A stretch of DNA of 38,054 nucleotides from Candidatus Zixiibacteriota bacterium (GTDB lineage Bacteria > Zixibacteria > MSB-5A5 > WJJR01), in contig JACQFV010000184.1 in assembly GCA_016199865.1 (NCBI GenBank), positions 1 to 38,054 of the forward strand, in the 5' to 3' direction. Every line of letters starts with the position of its first letter. The first letter of the stretch is position 1. A program made the position numbers and the translations under genes. A model generated the notes under the pieces. That model saw only the letters and a program-made list of their open reading frames with translations. It did no database searches and was not told the DNA's origin. Of this stretch, positions 1 to 10,208 are shown piece after piece.

Positions 1-552
1 ACCAACAAGGGGGGACAGGAAGTGGATCGCATTGTCGGCTACGTGCCGCCCGTGGCCTTCCGGCAGACCATGCAGGACTACCTGGATGGCAAGGGGACGC
101 CCTGGGATTTGGAGAAACGTCTGAAAACCAGCGCCAATGATGGTGCCCTGTTGTATGCCATCGGCGACAAATATTTAGAGCGGGGTCAGTTCGACAAGGC
201 GCGCAGCCAGATGGAACAGGTGCTGTCGCGCGATCCGAACAACACGGCGGGAAAAACGGATGACGCGATGTTCGCGCAGGCGCGCATGTATCGTCTGGAG
301 AGCAAATGGTATAAAGCGGTCGAGGTTCTCAGGCGAATGCTGACGAAATATCCGACGACGGATCGCCGTGAGGAGGCCACGGCCTATATCCCCTGGTTGT
401 ACGCTCAGGCGGGCGACACCACGGAAGCCGTCCGGTACTATCGCGACTTCGTCAAGGATTTCAAGAACTCCTCCGAGAACGGATGGGCCAAAGAGCAGAT
501 CGAGCGGCTGGAACCGTCGTCCGGCGCGCCCCCTGCCGGCAAGACCCAGTGA
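1..552 (+). CDS. TPR-repeat protein, C-terminal part (5' end off-window)
   Basis: Frame 1 is open from base 1 (first in-window start is GTG at 22). TPR-like helical repeats: YAIGDKYLERGQFDKARSQMEQVL, AQARMYRLESKWYKAVEVLRRML, AQAGDTTEAVRYYRDFV. Stop at 550-552. Confidence 0.6.
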   Translation, partial: TNKGGQEVDRIVGYVPPVAFRQTMQDYLDGKGTPWDLEKRLKTSANDGALLYAIGDKYLERGQFDKARSQMEQVLSRDPNNTAGKTDDAMFAQARMYRLESKWYKAVEVLRRMLTKYPTTDRREEATAYIPWLYAQAGDTTEAVRYYRDFVKDFKNSSENGWAKEQIERLEPSSGAPPAGKTQ

Positions 553-561
553 CACAAGGCG

Positions 562-2019
562 ATGAACGACTTGGGCGGTCAGACGATTTTTGATTTGTCT
601 TCGGCGGGGACGGAAGGAGTCACTGTCCCACAGCCGCAGGTGCCTTCACCGGGCGCGTCATGGCGTCTGCCCGAGTCTAATTTTCGCTCGTCTCTCCCCG
701 ACTGGCCGGAGGTTTCGGAAATCGAAGTGGTGCGCCATTACACCCGGCTGTCGATCCTGAATCACCACATCGACCGCAACACCTATCCATTGGGATCGTG
801 CACCATGAAATACAATCCTAAGATCAATGAGCGGGCCGCGACGAAGGCGGGATTTGCGCGGTTGCATCCGGAGACTCCCGATGCCGACTGCCAGGGGGCG
901 CTGCAGTTGATGTGGGATCTGGCGCGCGATCTGGCGGCCATCACCGGCATGGACGAAATCTGTCTGCAGGGTTCCGCGGGCGCGCAGGGGGAAATGGCCG
1001 GACTCTTGATGGCGCGCGCCTATCATCGGCGCCACGGCGAACATCGCTTGCGGGTCATCATCCCTGATTCCGCCCACGGGACCAACCCCGCCTCGGTGAC
1101 TTTGGCGGGATTTGAGTCGGTCGCGATCCGTTCCGATGCGCGGGGGCTGGTCGACCCCGATGCCCTGGCTGCCGTACTGGACGATTCCGTCGCCTGTATC
1201 ATGCTGACCAATCCCAACACGTTGGGGCTCTTTGAGCGTGACATCGTGCGCATCGCGGGCATGGCGCATGCGAAAGGTGCCCTTCTCTACAACGATGGCG
1301 CGAACACGAATGCTCTGTTAGGACTGGCGCGGGCCGGCGACATGGGGTTCGACATGCTCCATCTGAACCTGCACAAGACTTTTTCCACGCCGCACGGCGG
1401 CGGCGGCCCGGCGGCCGCGGCGATCGGCGCCAAACGGGCGCTGGCGCCCTTCCTCCCCGGACCGGCCGTTGTGAAAAGGGGGGAGACGGGGCATGAGCAG
1501 TTTGCACGTGAGGCGCCGGGGCCTGATTCGATCGGCTCGATCCATCCGTTCGTCGGCAACTTTGGTGTGCTCGTCCGGGCGTACACGTATATCCGTTCCC
1601 TGGGCGCACTGGGCCTCGCCCAAGTGGCACAGGATGCCATTCTGGCCGCCAACTATCTGCGCGCTCGTCTGGCCACAGAATACGACATTCCCCATCCCGG
1701 CCCGTGCCTGCACGAGTTTGTGGCGTCCGCGTCGCGGCAAAAGCAGCATGGTGTCCGCGCCGGGGCGATCGCCAAACGGCTCTTGGATTTCGGTGTTCAC
1801 TCGCCCACGGTCTACTTTCCGCTGATTGTGCCGGAAGCGTTGATGATTGAGCCGACGGAAACCGAAAGCCAGGAGCGGCTGGATGCCTACGCGGAGGCGT
1901 TTCTGCAGATTGCGCGCGAGGCCCGGCACGATCCCGATCTGGTCAACTCCGCTCCGCATGAGACCCCTTTCCTGCGCATCGATGAGGCCAAGGCGGCACG
2001 CGAACTCGACGTCGGTTGA
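562..2019 (+). CDS. gcvPB: Glycine dehydrogenase (decarboxylating) subunit 2 (P-protein C-terminal subunit)
   Basis: 485 aa resembling GcvPB throughout: CTMKYNPK, PDSAHGTNPAS, LHLNLHKTFSTPHGGGGP (PLP-lysine region), HEF...VHSPTVYFP. Confidence 0.9.
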   Translation: MNDLGGQTIFDLSSAGTEGVTVPQPQVPSPGASWRLPESNFRSSLPDWPEVSEIEVVRHYTRLSILNHHIDRNTYPLGSCTMKYNPKINERAATKAGFARLHPETPDADCQGALQLMWDLARDLAAITGMDEICLQGSAGAQGEMAGLLMARAYHRRHGEHRLRVIIPDSAHGTNPASVTLAGFESVAIRSDARGLVDPDALAAVLDDSVACIMLTNPNTLGLFERDIVRIAGMAHAKGALLYNDGANTNALLGLARAGDMGFDMLHLNLHKTFSTPHGGGGPAAAAIGAKRALAPFLPGPAVVKRGETGHEQFAREAPGPDSIGSIHPFVGNFGVLVRAYTYIRSLGALGLAQVAQDAILAANYLRARLATEYDIPHPGPCLHEFVASASRQKQHGVRAGAIAKRLLDFGVHSPTVYFPLIVPEALMIEPTETESQERLDAYAEAFLQIAREARHDPDLVNSAPHETPFLRIDEAKAARELDVG

Positions 2020-2049
2020 CGAAATCCGATGCCGTGGCCCGCTCGTTTA

Positions 2050-2070
2050 CCCCGCCTGGGCGGGGTTTTT
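2050..2070 (+). terminator. Rho-independent terminator after gcvPB
   Basis: CCCCGC (2050-2055) / loop CTGG / GCGGGG (2060-2065), followed by TTTTT (2066-2070), 31 nt after the gcvPB stop. Confidence 0.6.
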
Positions 2071-2109
2071 CATTCGTGTTCCCCGGTGTGAACTCGAGAT
2101 GACGCCACG

Positions 2110-3579
2110 ATGATTCTGCGATGCGATGACATCTCGGTCCGTTATCGGATCGATGACGGATCGGGCATCGAGGCCTTGTCGCATGTTTCCCTCGCGATTT
2201 CGCAGGGCGACAGAGTATCGATCGTAGGTCCCAATGGATCGGGGAAATCAACCTTGGCGCTCTGCCTGGCGGGGCTGATTCGCCCGACGTCGGGATCCCT
2301 GCGCATCGGCGATGACCCCGACCGTGAGCCGCCGTTCGGCGCCATCGTCTTTCAAGCGCCGGATGACGATCTGATCGGCGAGACGGTCCGGGAGGAGATT
2401 CTCCTGACTCTGGAGCATGTCCTGGATGTCACGGACATACAGGAAGCGGCCATGCTGTCGCTGGGCCGCTTCGGGCTGGAGGGCTTGGCCGATCGGCCGG
2501 TCAATACTCTTTCGGGCGGTGAGAAGCAGAAGGTTGCATTGGCGTGCGCCCTCTTGTCGCGGCGGCCTTTGATCGTCTTGGATGAACCGACTTCGCATCT
2601 GGATCCGCCGGGTAAGCGGGACCTCCGCTCCTGTCTGGAAACCCTGTCCGACAGTGTGGAAGCCGGGGTCCAGCCGGCGCTTGTGCTGGTCACACAATAC
2701 GAGGAAGAAGCGAGGGTTTTTCCGCGCGTCATCGAATTGTCGGCCGGTCGCATTGTCTATGATGGCCCGAGCACATCGTGGATACCTTCTCACGAGCAGC
2801 GCAGTGAGGCGCGTGCGATTCTGAGCAGGTTCGCAGCCGACGCGCCCGTGATACTCTCCTGCCGCGATCTGGGGCAAATCGATGCCCCCGGCTGGCGACA
2901 TCCGTCCCATCCGCTGGCCGGCATCAACCTTGAAGTATGCGCCGGCGAAGCGATTGGGCTGTGCGGCCCGATCGGTGCCGGCAAGACGACGCTTGGATAT
3001 CATCTGGCCGGGCTGATGGAACGATGGGGGGGAGAGTTGGAATGGCCCGCGCATCCCGGCAATCGATCACGGCCCGTGGTGGTCATTCAGTTTCCGGAAC
3101 GGCAATTGTTCTGCCAGACCGTCATGGAAGAGGTCGCGCTGGGACCGAAAATGCTGGGGCTGGACTTCGGGGAGGCGACCGCACGGTCGCACGATGCTCT
3201 CGACCGTGTCGGCCTGCCGTACGAACAGTTCGGCCAACGGTGGCCATTCAGTCTATCCGGTGGGCAGCAGCGACGGGCGGCCTTGGCCATCGCCGCCGCT
3301 CTGCGTGCTCCGCTGTATATCCTCGATGAACCCCAGGCGGCACTCGATGCCGAAGGTTTTTCCCGCCTCCGGTCCCTATGCCAGGAATGGCTGGATTCCG
3401 GATCGTCGTACATCATGATTTCCCACGATCTGGATTTGCTGCGCCGAATGACCGGCCGGGTCTGGGTCATGAATGAGGGCCGCATCGAATTTGACGGCTC
3501 GTGGGATGGCTTGGATCGGAATGGGGCGGTATTGTCACGTATCGGGTTTGATGAGCCGAAACCGGGTGTCACCGCGTAA
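2110..3579 (+). CDS. Fused double ABC ATPase, ECF-transporter EcfA1-EcfA2-like
   Basis: Two tandem ATPase modules in one ORF. Walker A: GPNGSGKST and GPIGAGKTT. Signatures: LSGGEKQK and LSGGQQRR. Walker B: LIVLDEPTSHLD and LYILDEPQAALD. Confidence 0.8.
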   Translation: MILRCDDISVRYRIDDGSGIEALSHVSLAISQGDRVSIVGPNGSGKSTLALCLAGLIRPTSGSLRIGDDPDREPPFGAIVFQAPDDDLIGETVREEILLTLEHVLDVTDIQEAAMLSLGRFGLEGLADRPVNTLSGGEKQKVALACALLSRRPLIVLDEPTSHLDPPGKRDLRSCLETLSDSVEAGVQPALVLVTQYEEEARVFPRVIELSAGRIVYDGPSTSWIPSHEQRSEARAILSRFAADAPVILSCRDLGQIDAPGWRHPSHPLAGINLEVCAGEAIGLCGPIGAGKTTLGYHLAGLMERWGGELEWPAHPGNRSRPVVVIQFPERQLFCQTVMEEVALGPKMLGLDFGEATARSHDALDRVGLPYEQFGQRWPFSLSGGQQRRAALAIAAALRAPLYILDEPQAALDAEGFSRLRSLCQEWLDSGSSYIMISHDLDLLRRMTGRVWVMNEGRIEFDGSWDGLDRNGAVLSRIGFDEPKPGVTA

Positions 3580-3620
3580 AACTCGTGGATTCGGCAGATG
3601 CAACGCGGTTTATTGGATAG

Positions 3621-4358
<738 letters not shown>

Positions 4359-4445
4359 TCGCAATTGACATTGCCGGTAGCTTGGATCATGACGGTTTCG
4401 CACAGCGAACAGAAGGTCGAAGCGAGAGTGAAAGGCGGCAAGACC

Positions 4446-5471
4446 ATGCCTCCGCCCAAGGCAGTTGCCGACGGTGCTGGTGGTCACGATCCGGCGGGCC
4501 CGTCAGAGTCGACGCCGGGACGTCTGCGGATCCGTCACCTCCTGGGGCTGGAGGGGGTGCGCCGCGAAGACATCGACCTCATTCTGACCACGGCGGAGTC
4601 ATTCAAGGAAGTCTTGGATCGCCCCATAAAGAAGGTTCCGCCGCTGCGCGGGCAGACCGTGGTGAACCTGTTCTATGAGCCATCGACGCGCACGCGCATT
4701 TCCTTCGAACTGGCCGAGAAACGTCTCTCGGCCGACGTCGTCAACTTCACCGCCTCGGCTTCATCGGTGCAAAAGGGAGAATCCCTGCGGGACACGGTCA
4801 AGAACATTTTGGCGATGAAGACCGACGTCGTTGTGATCCGCCATCCCTGCCCCGGCGCGCCGCACTTTCTGACGCGGACGACGGACGCGATCGTCCTGAA
4901 CGCCGGCGACGGCGCTCATGAGCATCCGACCCAGGGCCTGCTGGATATCTACACGCTCTGGGAACGCTGGCGCTCCTTCTCCGGACGCCGCGTCCTGATC
5001 GTCGGCGACATCCTGCACTCGCGGGTCGCGCGTTCCAATATCTGGGGACTTCTGACGATGGGCGCCCAGGTCTCCGTCTGCGGCCCGACGACCCTTGTGC
5101 CGCGCCCGCTGTCGGAACTGGGCGTCGAGGTGTTCACCGACATTAACTGTGCCCTCGAAGCCGGAGTCGATGCCGTCAACGTGCTGCGCATTCAACGCGA
5201 GCGGCAAAGTTCGGATTTTCTGCCGTCCTTGCGGGAGTACTCCCGTCTCTTCGGCATCGATGCCGCGCGCGCGGCACGTTTGCGTCCCGGCGGGCTGGTC
5301 ATGCATCCGGGGCCGATGAACCGGGGCGTGGAGATCACCTCCGACGTGGCTGATGGCAAGGCCTCGGTCATCCTGGATCAAGTCACCAACGGCCTGGCCG
5401 TGCGCATGGCCGTCTTGTATTTGCTCTGTTCCGGCCCGTCGCCGGCGGCCGTCGGGACCTCTGGCCAATGA
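4446..5471 (+). CDS. pyrB: Aspartate carbamoyltransferase catalytic subunit
   Basis: EPSTRTRISFE (STRTR carbamoyl-phosphate motif), HPTQGLLD, HPGPMNRG. Start uncertain: ATG 4446 (GAAAGG about 12 nt upstream) is preferred, but ATG 4365 or 4389 are possible. Confidence 0.88.
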   Translation: MPPPKAVADGAGGHDPAGPSESTPGRLRIRHLLGLEGVRREDIDLILTTAESFKEVLDRPIKKVPPLRGQTVVNLFYEPSTRTRISFELAEKRLSADVVNFTASASSVQKGESLRDTVKNILAMKTDVVVIRHPCPGAPHFLTRTTDAIVLNAGDGAHEHPTQGLLDIYTLWERWRSFSGRRVLIVGDILHSRVARSNIWGLLTMGAQVSVCGPTTLVPRPLSELGVEVFTDINCALEAGVDAVNVLRIQRERQSSDFLPSLREYSRLFGIDAARAARLRPGGLVMHPGPMNRGVEITSDVADGKASVILDQVTNGLAVRMAVLYLLCSGPSPAAVGTSGQ

Positions 5472-6853
5472 CCGCCCGCGACCAATTCGCACTCGTGGGC
5501 CGGATATCGGGTGGCCGCGTCATCGACCCCGGGTCCGGTCTGGACTCACCCGCAGATATTCTGATTGATGAACGCGGCCGAATTTCCCGGATCGGCCGGA
5601 GCGGGAGTGGGGCTTCGTCGGTTGAGTCCGATGGCGACGTCCTGGATGCAACCGGAATGATTGTGGCCCCCGGTTTCGTCGATCTCCACGTGCATCTGCG
5701 TGAACCGGGGCGCGAAGACGAAGAAACCGTGGCCTCTGGTTCGGCGGCGGCGGCGCGGGGTGGATTCACTACCATCTGCTGCATGCCCAACACCGAGCCG
5801 GCCATTGCCGATCAGGAGACAGTCCGGTTTGTCCTGGATCGCGCCCTAGCGGCCCCTGGGCGCGTCCATCCCATCGGCGCCATCACCCGCGACCGCGAAG
5901 GAAAATCGCTGGCCGGCATCGCGGAAATGGTGGCCGCGGGGGCCGTGGCCTTCTCCGACGACGGCGCACCGGTCGGTTCCGCGGGGCTGCTGCGCCGGGC
6001 GATGCAATACTCGCGCATGTTTAACGTCCCCATCGTTGAGCATTGTGACATGCCCGATCTATCGGCCGACGGCGTCATGAACGAGGGGCTGGTGTCAACC
6101 AAGCTTGGCCTGCGTGGGATTCCTCCGGTGTCCGAGGAGATCTGTCTGGCGCGCGACATTGCACTGGCCCGCGAAACAGGTGCCCACCTGCACGCGGCGC
6201 ATTTGTCGACCGCGGGATCGGTCGAGATCATCCGCCGGGCCAAAGCCGAGGGCGTCAACGTCACCGCTGAGGTGACGCCACACCATTTGATCCTCACCGA
6301 TGATCTGATCGCCCGTGATTTTGATCCCTTATATAAAGTCAATCCGCCGCTGCGGACCCGGCGCGACGTCGACGCCTTGCGGCAGGGGCTGGCGGATGGC
6401 GTGATCGATTGCATCGCCACCGATCATGCTCCGCACGCGGAGCAGGAGAAGGACGGCGAATTCGATCTGGCGCCGTTTGGGATGGTGGGGCTGGAGACGG
6501 CGCTGGGCGTGTGTGTCAAGGCCCTGATCGAGACCGGACTTCTGGATTGGCCGGGGCTGATCGATTGCCTGACTCGGCGCGCGGCGCGGGCATTCCATCT
6601 CGCCGCTGGGACAATCACCGTGGGATCCCCCGCCGATCTGGTTCTGATTGATCCCGACGCCCAATGGCGGGTCACGCCCGAGTCGCTGATTTCGAAATCC
6701 AAAAATTCCCCATTCTTGGGCTGGGAATTGACGGGGGTCGTGCGCGCGACCATAGTCGATGGCCGGTTGGTCTATCAAGACTTTGCTGCAGGTTCGAGTT
6801 TGTCGACGGCGGCCCGACGCGAACGCTCCGTCACTTCCACTGCAAAGAGATGA
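5468..6853 (+). CDS. pyrC: Dihydroorotase
   Basis: VAPGFVDLHVHLREPG (HxH metal site), CMPNT, ATDHAPH. The ATG overlaps the pyrB stop (ATGA at 5468-5471). Confidence 0.9.
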   Translation: MTARDQFALVGRISGGRVIDPGSGLDSPADILIDERGRISRIGRSGSGASSVESDGDVLDATGMIVAPGFVDLHVHLREPGREDEETVASGSAAAARGGFTTICCMPNTEPAIADQETVRFVLDRALAAPGRVHPIGAITRDREGKSLAGIAEMVAAGAVAFSDDGAPVGSAGLLRRAMQYSRMFNVPIVEHCDMPDLSADGVMNEGLVSTKLGLRGIPPVSEEICLARDIALARETGAHLHAAHLSTAGSVEIIRRAKAEGVNVTAEVTPHHLILTDDLIARDFDPLYKVNPPLRTRRDVDALRQGLADGVIDCIATDHAPHAEQEKDGEFDLAPFGMVGLETALGVCVKALIETGLLDWPGLIDCLTRRAARAFHLAAGTITVGSPADLVLIDPDAQWRVTPESLISKSKNSPFLGWELTGVVRATIVDGRLVYQDFAAGSSLSTAARRERSVTSTAKR

Positions 6854-7953
6854 CGATGAGAGTGCCGTTTCTCGATCTGAAGGCGCAATACTCCGACATC
6901 AAGGGCGAGATTGATGCCGCGATTGCCGCGGTCATCAACGATTGCGCGTTTGTGCTGGGCAAGTACGTAGCCGGATTCGAGGAGGACTTCGCGCGCTATT
7001 GCGGCGCGAAGCATTGCATCGCCGTCGACACCGGAACCTCCGCCCTGCATCTGGCGCTTCTGGCGGCCGGGGTGGGGCCCGGCGATGAAGTTATGACCGC
7101 GGCGAACACCTTCATCGCGACAGTCGCGGCCATTTCGCACTGCGGCGCCACGCCGATCTTAGTCGACGTCGACCCCAAGACGTACACGGCCGATCTGGAC
7201 GGCTTGAGGAAGGCGATCACGCGACGCACCAAGGTCATCCTGCCGGTGCACCTCTATGGCCGTCCGGCGCCGATGGATGCGATCAATGCCCTGGCGGCGG
7301 AGCATGGCGTGACGGTGATCGAGGATGCCTGCCAGGCCCATGGGGCGACCTACGCCGGCAAGCGCGCCGGGCAGTGGGGGCAGGCGGCCTGTTTTTCGTT
7401 TTATCCCGGCAAGAATCTGGGCGCCTATGGCGAGGGTGGCGCCATCACCACCAACAACGACGAATGGGCGGCGAAGCTTCGTATGTGGCGCGATCACGGC
7501 TCGCGCCAGAAATACCATCATGAGATGATTGGGTATAACTATCGGATGGAGGGGATGCAGGGGGCGATCTTGGGCGTCAAATTGAAGCATCTGGATGACT
7601 GGAACCGCCGTCGACGGGGTAAAGCGGACCGGTATCGGCAGAAACTGGCCGGCGCCAATCTCGTCTTGCCACCCGCCGATGACGCCGCGCAGTCGGTCTA
7701 TCACCTCTTCGTGGTTCAGGTCGACGACCGTTCCCGTTTTCAGGAAGACTTGAAGGAGGCGGGAATCGACACATTGATCCATTACCCGATTCCGGTGCAC
7801 AAACAGAAGGCATATGCACAGCTCTCGTCGCAGAGTTTCCCGGTGACCGAACGTCTGGCGCCGCGCATTGTGTCGCTGCCGATCTTTCCCGAGTTGACCC
7901 AGCAACAGATTGATCATGTCGCCGCGGTCGCCCGGCGCTCGGTCGATCTGTGA
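6850..7953 (+). CDS. PLP-dependent sugar aminotransferase, DegT/DnrJ/EryC1/StrS family (ArnB/PglE-like)
   Basis: VPFLDLKAQY start region, GTSALHLAL, EDACQAHGA, SFYPGKNLGAYGEGGA (PLP lysine region). ATG 6850 overlaps the pyrC stop (ATGA). The track ORF from 6664 lies inside pyrC. Confidence 0.85.
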   Translation: MTMRVPFLDLKAQYSDIKGEIDAAIAAVINDCAFVLGKYVAGFEEDFARYCGAKHCIAVDTGTSALHLALLAAGVGPGDEVMTAANTFIATVAAISHCGATPILVDVDPKTYTADLDGLRKAITRRTKVILPVHLYGRPAPMDAINALAAEHGVTVIEDACQAHGATYAGKRAGQWGQAACFSFYPGKNLGAYGEGGAITTNNDEWAAKLRMWRDHGSRQKYHHEMIGYNYRMEGMQGAILGVKLKHLDDWNRRRRGKADRYRQKLAGANLVLPPADDAAQSVYHLFVVQVDDRSRFQEDLKEAGIDTLIHYPIPVHKQKAYAQLSSQSFPVTERLAPRIVSLPIFPELTQQQIDHVAAVARRSVDL

Positions 7954-7973
7954 TCTGACATTCCAATCGCTCC

Positions 7974-10208
7974 GTGCCCAAGTCCACCTCAACTGCAACA
8001 CCGCAGCCGGCAACCAAGCCGGGACATCCGCGTGCCGGATGGAGTGGTTGGGCGCATCTGTTGCAGCGACGCTCGGTCCGCATTGCGCTGGTCGGTCTGG
8101 TTGCAATCTTGGCCCTTGCGGCACGGCTCCCGATCCTCGGCGCCGATCCGCCGCCCAATGTCTCGTGGAGTCAGGATGTTTTGACTGATCCGCCGCAGTA
8201 CACGGCGTATGCCCGCAACGCGATCAGTTTCGGGGTGTGGAATCCCCTCAATGATGAGCAGCTGATCTTCTTCCGCAAGAATATCACCGGGGCATTCGTC
8301 TATCTGGTCTTTTTGGTGTTCGGTCCGGGAATCACGGCGGCAAACCTCTCGGCTGTCGCGTGGAACCTGCTGGCGGTTCTCTTTCTGGCCTGGGGAGTAG
8401 GGCGCGCCTTTGGATACATGGCGGGGCTGGCCAGCGGCTGGATTCTGGCGGCCCATTTCCTGTTTGTGTCCTACAGCCGCCAGCCCTTCCTCGAAGTCGC
8501 CTCCAACGCCTGCCTCGCCGTGGCGTTCTGGGCCATCATCAGCAGTGCCCGGCGCTGGTGGTGGGCCGCCGTCGCCGGGATTGTCGCCGGACTGGCGATT
8601 TTCTTCGGGAAGGTGACGGCTCTGCATGCGGCGCCCGCCTTTCTCTTGGGGACCGTGCTCATCGGCTGGTCTGCGGATTCGCACGATGCTGTCCCAGGGA
8701 AAACTCCGGCGCAGCGTCGTCTGGTTCGCCCCGTGGCCTTCGCGTCGGGGGCGGGTGCCGTTGCGCTCGCCTGGTATCTGTTCGCCTATCGGCTCGCCTC
8801 GGCTGAAGTGCTGAATTACCTGAAAGTCCAGTCGCTGTCCTTATATGGCTCTCCGGTCGGTTTCGAGTCGTTGTCGGGATTTCTCCACCAGTGGTTCTCG
8901 TTTGGTGTCGACACGCGGCTTCTGACCTGGGCCCCCATCGCGGCGGTCTGCGGGATTCTGGGAATGGCTACTATGGTCGTCTACTATACCAGCGGCCACT
9001 CCTGCTCACGGGTATTGCGAACGATTCCACCCGCTGCGGTGCTCATTTTGGGATGGTTTTGGAGCGGGTACTTTGCCTTTGCCCCGTTCAATTATCGCCC
9101 CGTGCGCTATCAGATTGTCCTGTGGTTTCCTCTGGCAGCGGCCGCCGGCTGGATGGTCCAACACTGGATCGCTCGCCCGATGTCGGAATCCAAGAAATCC
9201 GCCGGACGTCCGGTATGGTGGGCGCTGCCGCTCCTGGTCGTGATTCTGGCAACGGGGCTGCAGCATCTCATCTTCGCGCACCTGTTGGACTCATCGTCCC
9301 GTGGCATGAGCACCTCCGGCATGACCGCATCGATTGTGGTTGCCCTCCTGGCGGGGGCGATCTGGCTGGCCCTGAGCGCCCGTGAGCCCAATGCAGCATC
9401 GGGCTCTCGACGCAACAAGACAATTCCCCAGATTGCGGTGGCGCTGGTGCTCTTGGCATCGCTGGTCGACCAGTCGCGCCACTTTGTGTCCTGGTGGAGT
9501 CATCCGCAGCATTCGCTCGAGGCCGCCGACCGCGATCTGGCCGCCACTTTGGGGCCGGGCGCCGTGGCCACGGGGGAATGGGCCTGCCCGCTGACACAAA
9601 GGCGGGATTCGCCCGGGTGCTTCAACCATTTCTTCGCGTTGGAGGAACCGAAGGACTTTTTTGCGATCCGTCCCATCACCCATGTGATCACCGAGGACAA
9701 GCCCGACGCTCCATTCTTCAAGGACTTTCCCGAATTGGCCCACAAGGCCGAACGGGTGACGACCTACACGATTCGCAATCTACGGATCGTGGTCTTGAGG
9801 GTCTCCGAGTCGGGCGGAAGCCCAAAGGCCGCAGAGTATAAACCCACGTTTCTGGAACGGCTACGCGACGAGTTACATACGCGGCCGATGGATTCTCTCC
9901 TTATGGGACTGTCGCGGCGGGTCGCGGATTCGGCCGACACCTACTCGGGGTGGTCGTTGGCGGCGGAAGTCTATCACAAAGTCGATAGTGTGGACGAGGC
10001 GATTGACTGTTACCGACGCGCCCTGGCGCATGATCCCGATGATTTCGTTTTGCTGGCGCAGGCGGGGGACATTACTTGGGAACGCTATCGCACCGTCGGC
10101 GGACCGGCCGACCGCGAGGAGGCAGTGGGATACTGGAAACGCGCGCTCGAGATCAGTCCCGGCAACAAACAATTGACCGAACGTCTGGCACAGGCAGGCC
10201 GGTCATGA
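7974..10208 (+). CDS. Polytopic membrane glycosyltransferase (GT-C fold, ArnT/PMT-like) with C-terminal TPR domain
   Basis: 744 aa, GTG start. Many hydrophobic segments across roughly the first 480 aa. Early loop with a D...Y motif (LTDPPQYTAYARNA). C-terminal soluble region with TPR-like repeats (AAEVYHKVDSVDEAIDCYRRALAHDPDD; AVGYWKRALEISPGN). The family call is by architecture, not a strong motif match. Confidence 0.6.
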   Translation: MPKSTSTATPQPATKPGHPRAGWSGWAHLLQRRSVRIALVGLVAILALAARLPILGADPPPNVSWSQDVLTDPPQYTAYARNAISFGVWNPLNDEQLIFFRKNITGAFVYLVFLVFGPGITAANLSAVAWNLLAVLFLAWGVGRAFGYMAGLASGWILAAHFLFVSYSRQPFLEVASNACLAVAFWAIISSARRWWWAAVAGIVAGLAIFFGKVTALHAAPAFLLGTVLIGWSADSHDAVPGKTPAQRRLVRPVAFASGAGAVALAWYLFAYRLASAEVLNYLKVQSLSLYGSPVGFESLSGFLHQWFSFGVDTRLLTWAPIAAVCGILGMATMVVYYTSGHSCSRVLRTIPPAAVLILGWFWSGYFAFAPFNYRPVRYQIVLWFPLAAAAGWMVQHWIARPMSESKKSAGRPVWWALPLLVVILATGLQHLIFAHLLDSSSRGMSTSGMTASIVVALLAGAIWLALSAREPNAASGSRRNKTIPQIAVALVLLASLVDQSRHFVSWWSHPQHSLEAADRDLAATLGPGAVATGEWACPLTQRRDSPGCFNHFFALEEPKDFFAIRPITHVITEDKPDAPFFKDFPELAHKAERVTTYTIRNLRIVVLRVSESGGSPKAAEYKPTFLERLRDELHTRPMDSLLMGLSRRVADSADTYSGWSLAAEVYHKVDSVDEAIDCYRRALAHDPDDFVLLAQAGDITWERYRTVGGPADREEAVGYWKRALEISPGNKQLTERLAQAGRS

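Noticed and set aside
562-2019. gcvPB without an adjacent gcvPA/gcvT/gcvH
   Set aside because: Only 560 nt lie upstream in the window and the neighbour there is a TPR protein. The partner genes may simply be elsewhere, so absence cannot be judged from this window.
6664-6849. N-terminal extension of the DegT-type ORF
   Set aside because: It lies wholly inside the 3' end of pyrC in another frame. The family-typical start (MRVPFLDLKAQY) follows the ATG at 6850, which overlaps the pyrC stop. The same logic applies to the track extensions at 10076-10204, 13501-13740, 14472-14657, 23502-23531, 28553-28705, 30275-30331, 30981-31034 and 32953-33000.
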